64,000 nucleotides of DNA, taken from Callorhinchus milii. Its lineage: Eukaryota. The first letter of the stretch is position 1. The number at the start of each line of letters is the position of its first letter. Shown piece after piece: positions 1 to 11,512 of this stretch. The notes under the pieces are model-generated. The model was not told where the DNA came from and made no database searches. It saw nothing but the letters and a program-made list of their open reading frames with translations. The position numbers were made by a program, and so were the translations under genes. The DNA lies in contig NW_024704742.1 of NCBI RefSeq assembly GCF_018977255.1, positions 19,904,001 to 19,968,000 on the forward strand. The letters are read 5' to 3'.

Positions 1-646
1 CCCGGCTCCGCTACTGTCTCACACCGCAGGCCGCCAAAACCCTCATACATGCTTTCATTACATTGAGGCTTGACTATGCAAACTCATTGCTTGTCGGCCT
101 CCACAACTCCTTCCTCAATAAGCTGAGATCATCCAGAACTCTGCAGCCGGTGTCCTCTCCCACCCTGAGCTCTGCTACCCTATCACCCCCATCCTCGCCT
201 GATTCCACTGGCTTCCCATTGCACAGAGGATACAGTTCAAGATCTTGGTGCTCACTTCAAAGCCCTCCATGGTCTTGCCCCCCCCACCTCTGCGAGCTCC
301 TAATCCTCTACCGTCCTGCTTGCTCCCTCCGCTCAGCAGGCTCCAGCCTGCTTCACGTCCCCTGCCTCACTCGGCACACTATTGGCAGTCGGGCCTTCTG
401 CCACTCTGCCCCTCCCTTTGGAACTCCATCCCCCAATCCCTCCCCCTCACCCCCTCCCTTGCCTCCTTCAAGACCCATCTCAAGACCTTCCTCTTCGACC
501 ATGCTTTCGATCTCCCTGCTTCCCCCCCCGTCCGTCCTCCACCCTCCCAGATGCTGACCCCAGCTCGGGTCCGAAACTCTGTCTGTCCAGTGCCTTGGGA
601 CATCCTCTCGATGTGAAAAGCGCTATACAATTTTAATTTTGTTGTT
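1..646 (+). mobile_element. L2-clade LINE, 3' part of ORF2 plus 3' UTR, cut by window start
   Basis: RLDYANSLLVGL, LHWLP and LWNSIP...SFKTHLKTFLF motifs in shifting frames; tail GTGCCTTGGGACATC...GTGAAAAGCGCTATA followed by (GTT)n. Confidence 0.92.
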
Positions 647-804
647 GAAACAATATTTTGAGATTGTGTAGAATTTTCATCAGGAGTTTCTGCTTCTCAA
701 TTCTGTCAGGCTCAATTGTGATTTTGTTTTGGTCACAATTGACTTATTTAACAAAGTTAGTGTCAGCTTTGAACCAGTATAATGATATTGGCTTCTTATA
801 ATAA

Positions 805-975
805 ATAATAATCCTTGCATTTGATATAGCGCCTTATCACATCTTTGAGACGTCTTAAAGTGCTTGACAAAACGTATTGTAAAGTGACTTGTCTGTATAT
901 TTTGTGGGCAAAACCAACAGCCAATTGCACATAGGAGTGTTCTACAAACAGTCGTGGATTGAAGTGACCAATTTA
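805..975 (-). mobile_element. SINE 3' half with L2-type tail
   Basis: (AAT)n-CCTTGCATTTGATATAGCGCCTTATCAC, the reverse complement of the SINE tail at 61020-61080. Confidence 0.8.
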
Positions 976-1704
976 TTATTTATATTTTTTTTTGAAGGAA
1001 TTGTGTTTTTCGGTTGTCCAGAAATAGATTTTTAAAATACTTTCTGCTATATGTTGCCAAATTAAGCTATGCATTTATTTAAGCTTTTTTTTAATTGAGT
1101 GACAAAGCATTTATGCATGATTTCCTACCGTGTGCTTGTGCTTCCTTTTTATCCGTTTGAAGGTCATGCTGCAATGTCAATGTGTATTCTCTCTTTTTTA
1201 AAAAATGGGCAAAATCGAGCTTTGGATTACTGTATTTTGATAATGATACTGACCCACAAATGATACATAACCGCATGATATTATCTGTATGCTTTCAGAG
1301 CAATGATTGGAAAATACTGCTTCTAGACAGGTTAGATTCAAGAAGAAAGTAAGTGGATAGATCTGGTTTGAATTCAGCCATGGATTAGATAGAGAGGAAA
1401 TTCATTGCAAGTCAATTATTTTCTCTAGACTGAATAATCCGATTGCTTAATCATAATGGTCTTATTCTGGTGGTTTCATAATTTTTATTTTTGGTGTTTT
1501 AAATTAAAAATCAGTGTAGCAGTGTTTTTTTTCTGCTGAATTGAAACTGGTTTGCAGTTGAATCCCTACCTTTGGGAACACATACAGTTCTGAGATAAAG
1601 AGCATTATCTAGCCAATTGTTTCCAGTTTTCTCCAGGCAATTCCACATGGCTTCCCACGCTAACGAATGGAGTGCCTTTTATCAGGTCCTCCCTTGACAA
1701 CACC

Positions 1705-2027
1705 AACAGCCCGCTTGCTGGACTTCCTAACTCTTCCCTCCACAAGCTACAGTCCATTCAGAACTCTACAGCTTGTGTCCTCTCCCGCAGTGTGAGCCTA
1801 TCACCCCACATCCTTGCCCGGTTCCACTGGCTCCCTATCGCCTGAAGAAAATAATTGACTTGCAATGAATTCCCACCCTATCCAATCCATAGCTTAATTC
1901 AAACCAGATATATGCACTTACACATTTTTAAATCCCTAACCTACCTTTGACCTTCTAAAACCCTACCAACCCGTCTGCTTCCAATGCTCGCCAGGCACTG
2001 GTCTGCTTCATGTCCCCGCCCCACTGT
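1705..2027 (+). mobile_element. L2 ORF2 fragment interrupted by a ~95-bp insert
   Basis: LAGLPNSSLHKLQSIQN...FHWLP translation; L2-like sequence resumes at about 1943. Confidence 0.75.
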
Positions 2028-2300
2028 CAGGATGGTACCAGTAATGAGGGACTTCAGTTATCAGGAGAGACTAGAAAAGCTAGGATTATTCTCCTTGGAG
2101 CAGAGAAGGTTACGAGGAGAAGTTTTAAAAGTTATGAGGGGAGTTGATAGGGTGAACAAGGGGGAATTATTTCCACTGGTGGGTCGGTAAGCCAAGGACA
2201 CCGATTTAAACTAGTTGTTAAAAGAAACAGGGGAGGTGAAGAGAATTTGTTTTACACAGTGAGTTGTTCGGATCTCGAATGCATTACCAGGGCGACTTCT
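2027..2300 (+). mobile_element. CR1-clade LINE 3' ORF2 fragment
   Basis: RMVPVMRDFSYQERLEKLGLFSLEQRRLRG motif in ORF 1984..2190. Confidence 0.88.
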
Positions 2301-2424
2301 AAAGCTGTATTATGGAGTAGGCTTTCTAATTTGTAAAGACTATTAATGTTGTGACTCTTCCTTGTAGAGATAGTAATATGAATGTACGCAAGTTTGATTC
2401 CGCACTGCCAATAGTAATCATATA

Positions 2425-2700
2425 ATAATAATTGTTGCACTGATATTGTGTCCTATCTTGCCATTGAGACATCTCAAAGCTCTTCGCAGGATTTTACTGT
2501 GAATTGTAGTGAGTGTATATTTGTAGGTGAATGAGGCAGCTAATTTTTCCTACAAATAGTAAAACAGTGTTATCTGGGGTTCGTTAGTCAGGACACTGAG
2601 AGAAACTCCCTTCTCATTTTGAATGGTACCATGGGATCTTTAACATCCACCCGAACAGGTAGATGGGTCTCGGATTAATGTCCCACCCAAAGGACGAGAC
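2425..2700 (-). mobile_element. Degenerate Deu-domain SINE
   Basis: CAGGACAC...GTACCATGGGATCTTTAACATCCACC...CCCAAAGGACG is the reverse complement of the recalled Deu-domain core; L2-type tail at the left end. Confidence 0.7.
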
Positions 2701-5700
2701 ACTAATTTAGTGGAAGCGAGGTTTCCAACACAAAGTGAAGTGTAATTGTTATGACTTGGACTTTTACTGGTGGTCAGTAAATAATGTAACAGTCACTCAC
2801 ACAGCTCGAGAGACTGCTCAAAAAATGAGGTTTGAATCATGAAAACCTTATTCAATAGCGTATGGACTGGAGAATTGACTAAAATGAGCATCATTGGGTA
2901 AGATGATCTAAAACGTATTTGTTTGTGGATGATGTGCTGGAACAGCATTTTCTGTTCCTGTCCTACCAGAACAAGGCTTTATATGTGCAGTGTTCTGTAC
3001 ATGTTTCATTCCTTGTTTAAACTGCTGTGGAGAAGTGGTAAGTGAAGCTTAGACACTTCTATACAGTGAGAATGGGAAATGGAAGTGAAAGTTGCTGATG
3101 AGTTTCATTCATGTACCTCTCAGTGCCTCGTTTCAGAGCCCTGGGACTCAGCAATTTCTCCTCATTCTTTGAGTTGAAATGAAAGAGTAGGAAATTGCCT
3201 ATTGTTTAAGGATAAACCTGAACTAATGCATGTTTTTTTAAATTAAGCATCCCTTTAAGCCTTATAGTAATTTTATATTATTGTGAGATTATCTGTAATT
3301 TAAATTTTAGTTGAAGTGTATGTGTTTATAGTATATATATGATATATTTATATATAACGTTATCATACATTTGTACAGATTAGCTTGACCATCAGATTTC
3401 TGTTTTTTTACTTGGACATTGCTTTGACTAATTTCCAGTATCAAGTGTCAGTTGAGTTGTTTATAGACCTGCCAATACTGCAATATAACTGGCTGCTGTT
3501 CAGTCTCCCTCCTCTGGATACATTGGCCTTTTCTATGGCTATAGGGGAGGGGAATACTGGGTGCTCAGCTTTTCGTTGCTGAAAGTTGACTGAATCACTG
3601 CCCTGGACAGACCAGCACTGATGTGAAGCAATGATGACCCACATCACTTCACGACAGGTGTTGGAGCTGCCATTATTGCCACCTAGTGATGCATTTTCAT
3701 GTATTCTAAAACAATCTTCTTTGCATAGAGTATTCAAAAACATAGCAAGAACACAGTTCTGTAGGAACATCCTGATCATGCTTTTTTAATAAGGGCTCTA
3801 AATAAGAGTTCTAACATGTCTAAGGATTATTCACATTTTTCGAAATTTGTTCCGAGTATTTGGATTGGATATGAACATTAAAATTAATGTGCAGATATAA
3901 ATTTGAATGACTAATGCATCTACAATAAATGTCATTTTAAAAAAAAAATCCTGTTGGTGTACTAATTAATTCAAAGAAGAGGTTTTGACTTTTTTTATTT
4001 TATGCCTATGGTACTTTTACCTTTTAGCACTGCCAGGAGTTTCCCCGACTTCAGTGATGGGTTGAAAGATAAATGAAGGGGCTCTGCTGTCTCTGGAGGC
4101 ACGGACACTCAATCCAAGAAGTGGTTTTATGCTGCCAGTGAACGTAGCACTGTAAACTGCAACACTGGAGGTTTTTCAAAAAAACGGTTATGGTTGGGGG
4201 GGGCGCTGGGGATTCAGCTTCCTGTGCAAGCAGTTTTCCGGATTACTGGCTATGCAGACCTTCCTTAAACATTGAGACAGCTTGACGGAAGATATCAAAG
4301 CTACAAGTGAAATTTCATACAACTGTCCATTCGTTAAGTTTTGTGTTGCTCCTAGTTCTGTGAAATCTTTCCCACAATGTAAACAGCATATTATACTATA
4401 CCAAGTATTTAGGATATTTCCAAACTACATCTACTTGGTCTTGTGGTAACGAAAGTGGCATTACACCATATTGTTGACATCTGGATAACTAACCTGGGGT
4501 TACTGAGCTATTATTGAATGAGTTCAGTCAATGTACATTGTTGAAATTACCAGAATGTGGAACTACTGTACGTTGGGTAATCACTAGATATGATTTTTAT
4601 TCAGTTATGTCACACTGCATGCCTAGGAACTAATTCCAGTTGATTTCATAATGTAATTTGTCTTATTTAAAAAAACAAAATCAACTGAGGCAGGAGAAAA
4701 GGTTAATTGAGCCATTTAATTTTTAAAACATAAGACTTTAAACCAAGAATTTTCAATGCTGTGTTTGGGAAACATTGGATGTGATCTTTATGGTGGTAAA
4801 AGTGACAAGGTTGCGAATCCAATTAAATTTTTTTTTAATAATGACATGCATGCAAAATAGGTCTGGATTTTTAAACCAGTGTGCCTGATTGACATTTGGC
4901 AGGCTTGGTGAACCGCTGTAAAAAGTAGTCTTGTGTTTTTTGTTGTTGTTGCCATTGGTGACTTTGACCAGGCCAGTCTGAGTGCTGTGAGCAAGAGAGT
5001 TAAAAACTTTATGTTAACTTAAACTAGATTTCCTCTGAATCATGCAAAAGTAAAATAAAGTGGAGGGACATGTAAGTTTTGATTATGTTTTACTGCTTAC
5101 ATTCATGAACTGAAGAAGCTGCGCTGTCTGTGATGCCAACACGACTCATATGAGTTGAAGCAGAGTTTGGTAACTTCCATCACAGTGTCTGTCATTTTGT
5201 ATATTCCATGTACAACACAATTGAATAAATAACCTTGTTCTATCCATGAGTTAGGAATTTTGTTTTTTAGGCTTCTTGAGACATCGCAAATAGAATGAGA
5301 GCATGAAATGCACTGCAGGCCTTAATGCAATCTCAGTACAGTGGATACTAACCTATTTTGCCTTCATTCTTGATTTGGGGATTTTGTGAACCACCAGTTT
5401 TTAAATAAAAAAAAACCCTGAAAGGGTGACCTGAAGAGTGCCAGCATTAATGAGGTGTTCACAAGGTGAAGTTCAACTGTATTTAGTTAATATTGGTGAA
5501 GAATTGTATGGTATTTCATCAAAAATTGGATTAAGTTGTAGCCCTGTGACTCTACAGGATTTATTGTTCCACATAACATTGTGATCAGTAGTTATCTGAA
5601 TCTGAGGTTTTTTCCCTGTTATGTTTTGTACCGCAATCTTTGCCCCTTGAGTATTTTGCGAAACGTGTAGGATTCTGGGAAATGCCTGTCCACATCTGAA

Positions 5701-7414
5701 TTGATTTCCTCAGCTAAGGTTAAAGGCTTTCTATATTTAGGAATGGCATCATCATTACTGCAATGGTTCAAATGCCTGCTGGGAATTCCTGTTCTCATAT
5801 TCCGGTTGAAGTGCTGGATTTGAAGGTGTAATTGGACCCACCCACCAATGGAACTATTGTTGTGTAACTAAGAACAAATACAGAATGATGCGATGGAACT
5901 GGTAATATTTCATAGATTGTAAAGATGTCGGAAGCATTTGGAGCAGCTTGACCTGTATGCTTTTCTTTCTCCGTGTTGAGGGTTGGTTGGGATCTGTGAC
6001 ACAGCTTCATGGTTACTGTAAACATTTGGTTTGCAAAATTTGCTTGCTTGGTTGGTCGAATGGAAAGAAGGCGGTGCTGCAGACCAGAAATAGAATCATT
6101 CTGAGGATTATAGTGAAACTGAGCAGTGTAACCTTTGTGGATTGTATGCTTGAATTTTGTCAGATTTTAGTGAAAATTACTTTCAGACTGAAGGGTTTGG
6201 CTTCCTTATGGCACTAAAACAACAATATAATCCATTACTGTTCTAATATTATCAACTGAAAGCTGGATGAGGAGCAGAGCAGTTGCAGGGAAGTTTGAGA
6301 TTGTCACAGCCACATTGGATTCAGGTAATGGGGTTAAAAAATCTTCAAAGATGAATTGCTTTACTAAATAAATACTTTTAAAACTCCATATAATGTAGAT
6401 GAGATGTTATGGCTATTGCCACTCTCATTTATGGATGTATAAATGCACAATTGAGATCTCGGGAAGACAAACACTTTGTAGGCGTCGCCTATGATTTGTA
6501 ATTTTTCTGCTTTCATTTTAATTCACAGGAATAAAACTTCAAAGCCTTTCATATCTTAATTTCTAGACCTTGGAGTTTGGGATGGACTTCTGATGTGAAA
6601 GGAACTACATAAATGTAATGTTGTTGCTTTTAATAATGTGGAGCATTTCCTATCTGTCTGGCATTAAGTATTGCCTTATGACAAGAATGATATAAATTAA
6701 AGAGGTTCTCCATTTCTCAAACAACTTTTATAATTTAAATTCCAAGAATATTCTTTCCCCCAATTTCTATTATATTTCAGTTTATATCAGTGAGAAGTTG
6801 AGCCATACAGTCTTATAAATTTGATCCTGTTTGCACTGAATTAACTGATTTTGAGTCTTGGAAACAACAGGGACACTACACTCAACCCAAGTACCCATGG
6901 TAATAGAGAGGATCTTGCTTCTCATCACTATCCCTTGCTGTAGAGGCATGTGTGGACACCAAGTGAGGACTGGTTTGAACATTGTCTGTAATCCTCCCCA
7001 TGGTCATACTGGGAGCAGATATTCATCCCACTTGAAACCTGTTAATCCTGGAAACCAAAGAGAGGTAGGGCTGTCCTATGAACAAGCAATCTGGAAAACT
7101 TGCCAGACAGTACTTTCAACGGCAAGCTTTCACTGTAAAGGTTATCTGACTAACCAAAAAAAGGTCAAAAGTCTTCAAACACTCACTGTTAAGACTTGTA
7201 CATGAACAATGGCTTCTCGGGTAAGTTACTTGGTTTTTGCACATATTCCTTATTCCCCAGGAGGATGAGAAAAAAAGCAGAGGTTTTGAGAAGGAAAGGG
7301 AAAACTTTTTTTAAAAAAAGAATTCAAGCTGATAACAAATAAAAATAGGACAAAGTGCAAATTTTGAACTTGTTTTGCCACTCAGTGATTCAGTGTCATT
7401 CTAGGGCTCTGAAT

Positions 7415-7565
7415 TCATAGAATCATAGAATAATACAACACGGAAGAAGGACATTTGGCCCATCGTGTCTGTGCCGGCTGTTTGAAAAGAGCTATCCAAA
7501 TCAATCCCACTCCCTGCTTTCTCCCCATAGCCCTGGAAACTTGTCCCTCCCAAATAATTATCGAT
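7415..7565 (-). mobile_element. CR1 LINE 3' UTR fragment
   Basis: (CATAGAAT)n tail and AAAGAGCTATCC...TCCCACTCCC, the reverse complement of the CR1 end at 22440-22565. Confidence 0.8.
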
Positions 7566-9653
7566 AATTATCAAACTTGTCCTCCCCTATAAATATATTT
7601 TTTAACATGGTGTACAGTAGGTCTATAGATATTAAAGGGTTAAATGAGTTCATGATGTTGGTTTGTCAGAGGCATCATTTGGAACCTATATTGCCACGGG
7701 AGCACTTTTTTAAAATTTTTATAAAGAAATCTGATTTCTATCAAGTTACTCTACTGAAACAAAATAAGGGTTTTGTATTTGCTGCTTAAAGTTCAAACAC
7801 ATGTCCATCAAGGGTCAGTTGTACAGTCTTCTAAAATGTGCATGGCACATAGCATGACACAAACTGAGTAGACAATATCAGCTGTCATATAAAATGATTA
7901 GAGTTAATATAAGTTACTGATGCAGTGGAAGATCACTGTGTCTCATGGGAGATTTATATGCTTTCTCATTCCAATTTGTAATTGAATAGCACTTATGAAG
8001 GTTCTCGTTTTGTCCCTAACACATTGTATGGGCAGACCCTCAGTTCAAACACTGTGAAGCATTCGGGCAGAATTATTAACAGGATTTTTTTTCGATCAGT
8101 CTGAAATTGATGGTTGAAAATGCAATTTAGAATGAGTTATGCCCAGTCCGTTAACTTATATAGCTTATCATAAAGATAGCAAATAGATTTTATATGTAAG
8201 AGTGTTAGGGAAACACGTTTGGCTTAACCTTAGCTTGTATAATGATAAAACAGCCATCCATTTGAACTGTTTCTCATCAATGAGTTATATTATTCTAACG
8301 TTGACATACTGCCTAAGAAAATAGTTTTGCAGTTACTATGAACTAGTTTTTCATAATGGTTGGTGCTTTAAAACAAATCTCTTTTGAACGACAGTAATAG
8401 TAAAATATGTAGACTTACGTATATTTAGTATAACTTCTTCATCGTAATTTTGAATGAACTTAATACCTGCATTTTATGAGTGAAGAAGCTCGGTTTGGTC
8501 TTCAGGTATAACAACTTGTGTTCATTATAGGCTAGTTTTAATTCTATAGGAGATTGCAATGTTAAAAAACGCAAAAATCCATTGCCATGCTTAACAGTAT
8601 CCTAACCAGGACATGGTATGGTATATTAGGAAATGGTTGGAAAGAGATCAGGCTTGAGGACCCCCAAGGTTTGCATTGGGGTACTGCTGAAGTCTAACCA
8701 GGTAAAATCAAAGATGTTGTCATTGTAACCGCTGTTTGGAGAACTTTCAACTTCAAAACTTTTAATGCAGTGTCATGCAGGAAATTGGTCAAAAACAGTG
8801 TTTGCCAATCCGTGGCCTGGAAGTCAAGAAGCATCCACATTCACATGAGTCTCCGTAAGTCCTTGTTCAATCGCTGATATGTTTTCAGTCTTTTCTTGAC
8901 TTGTATATTTCTTGACTCATGCCATACATCAAGAAATATTCAAGCAAGAACATTTATTTTGTTGGCTGACCATAAAGGTTGGCCACCATTGGTCTAAAAA
9001 GGTGGAAAATATGGGGGAAGGGGGGAGCTACTGAAGAGGATCAGAAACTGGGTGACTTTAAAAGTTTAATGAATGTTCTCTTTGAGTACACGAACATTGC
9101 CAATTACTCTGTAAATTTAAGAACTGCTCTTGAATCCTGTGGCGTTCATCTCTGTGTCATGTTAGTATGACAAGCTGCAATTCTCCATTGTGCAAGGTGC
9201 TATCAGATCTCTATGATCTTCACACTATCCTGTAAGGAGGAACTAGATGTAGTTCAATGATTTTTACGAGATAACTGGAGAAAATGTTTAATATTTTGTA
9301 TTTGTGTATTATTTCCAATGGTTAACATCGTTGATTCAAAAAGGATTCTAAAGATTCACTTTTTCCATCTTTCTGCTCTTTTTAAGTTATTTTAAGTCAT
9401 AAGTTATGACTGCAACAATAGTCTGCATGTCTACAGTGGAACACTCTTATTTGCATATCTCCCATGGCAAATAAATTATTCAAATGTTTTGCGTGACTTT
9501 TATCTGATGTCCATTTTTAACTCTTATTGCCATTTTTCAAAGACTATTGAAGTACACACAATTTAATAAAAATATATTTACACAAGCTAAGTGTTTTAGA
9601 GATGTACACGCATCAACTACGGCATTGAACTACACGCATCAACTACGGCATTG

Positions 9654-10432
9654 GCATCCAAGGCTGCACTCTCCAACCTCGGGGTTCTGTTCGACCCTGA
9701 GCTGTCCTTTCTCCCCCATATCCGCGCCACAACTGGCACCGTCTTCCATCACCTCCGGAATGTCGCCAGACTACGGCACTACCTCACCCCTCACGCTGCT
9801 GAAACTCTGGTCCACGCCTTTATCACCTCAAGGCTGGACTATGGGAACTCTCTCCTCGCCGGCCTTCCGGCACCTCCCTCCACAAGCTGCAGGTCATTCA
9901 GAACTCTGCAGCTCGTGTACTGTCCCGCACCAGGCTTCGCAACCACATCACTCCCACCCTCGCTCACCTCCACTGGCTCCCCATCCCCCAGAGGATTGAT
10001 TTCAAGATCCTCATCCTCACCTACAAGGCCATTCACGGCCTCACTCCCTCCTACCTCTCCGACCTACTATCCCCCTACCTACCCGTCCGTACCCTCCGTT
10101 CCTCTGGCTCCGGTCTACTCCACATCCCCCGCCCCAACTGCCCTACTATCGGTGGCCGGGCCTTCAGCCTCTCAGCCCCGAGGCTCTGGAACTCCATCCC
10201 CAGTGCCTTCGCCGCCTCCTCCCTTTCCTCCTTCAAGGCCGGTCTCAAGACCTTTCTCTTTGACCGTGCCTTCAGCTCCCCTCTCGACTCTCTACCCCCT
10301 CCTCGCTCCCTCCCTTCCCTCCCCTCACCCTGACCATTTCCCCCTTGCTCGGGTCCTGACCCAACTGTACAGCGCCTTGGGACGTCCTTCCGACGTGAAA
10401 GGCGCTCAATAAATGGAATCTTGTTGTTGTTG
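9654..10432 (+). mobile_element. Young 5'-truncated L2 LINE copy
   Basis: NLGVLFDPELSF...HAFITSRLDYGNSLLAGLP in ORF 9651..10412; intact 3' stem-loop and (TTG)n tail; near-identical to the copy at 59071-60062. Confidence 0.95.
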
Positions 10433-10994
10433 AACTTGTATCATTCACAATCAAAATATGTCTTTAATGGAGTTGTTTTGCCAATTGTTGGACCTAGGAT
10501 TATACCAAATTATTTCTTGGCCCTTTCACATAGTTGCTTGCGAGCAAGATTTGCAGAAATATCATAGTTAGCATTCTGAAGCTGTCTAAATTTTAGTCTT
10601 TGTCCACATTCTGTTGAATTATTCTGTTGAAACCATACAGGGCATTATTTCCTTTAGAAATACCTCACTCTCATCAGAAGCTTCACTTCCTGATATGAAT
10701 TTTGCTTCACTAAGTTGTCTCAGTTGTCTGATTTAATGGACAACCATGATTTCTGCAGTCTGGAAAGGTACCTAGCAAGTTTATTTTTGCTTTGAATTCG
10801 AACAAAATTTTGCCTGTGTTGATCACTGTGAGAATTTTGTCCATAACCTGGAACATTTTCAGTTTTCCTCAGTGTTGTAAAGCTGAGCCATGGAGCTGTG
10901 TTTTGTAGCTACAAGGCTGAGGTGGATGTTTGTTGGACTGTTTCCTGCTTTGGGTTTTGGTCGGGAGGAAATCAGCAAGCATTTTTTCCTCTTT

Positions 10995-11512
10995 CTAATC
11001 TGCATCCACCAGGTTACCTGCAGGATACCCGAAGACTCCATCCTTGGCCCCCTTCTTTTCCTTATTTACATGATCCCTCTCGGTGATGTCATCTGTAGAC
11101 ACAGGGTCAACTTCCACATGAATACGGATGACACCGAAATCTACTTCTCCTCCTCTTCCAGCTGCGACTCCAGCTCAGCTGATGTTTTGTCATATTCTTT
11201 GTCAGACATCAAGGACCGGATGAGCACAAACTTTCTGCAATGTTGGCAAGATAGAAGCCATACTCCTTGACTCCCATCAGCGTCTTCTTCTGCGACTCTG
11301 ATTTCCTCACCTTCTCAACCTATCCCTCAGAGTTACAGAACCTATGCCTAACTTAGGCATCGGTTTCAGTTCCCAGCTGTCCTGGGTAGCCAAACAATCT
11401 GGCCCCTGACCAGGACCTCTTTCTTTCACCTCCGTCACGTTGCCCACCTCCAACCGTACCTTACACCCAACGTGCTGAAATCTTCATCCACGCTTTTGTC
11501 ATCTCCCATCTC
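10995..11512 (+). mobile_element. Degenerate L2 RT-domain fragment
   Basis: IPEDSILGPLLFLIYM...FHMNTDDTEIY, a decayed version of PQGSILGP and YADD, in ORF 10890..11270. Confidence 0.88.

Noticed and set aside
8476..8511. ATG...CAG/GTATAA (MSEEARFGLQ) as a phase-0 first exon
   Set aside because: Weak donor, poor Kozak context and no recognisable homology.
9605..9653. Short direct repeats as a CRISPR-like or other array (also 14768-14807)
   Set aside because: Only two units with no spacers, in a eukaryotic intron; these are simple tandem duplications.
9547..10412. Long Pro/Ser-rich ORFs (also 63..557 and 59144..59914)
   Set aside because: They are shifted frames of C-rich L2 ORF2 remnants, not host genes.
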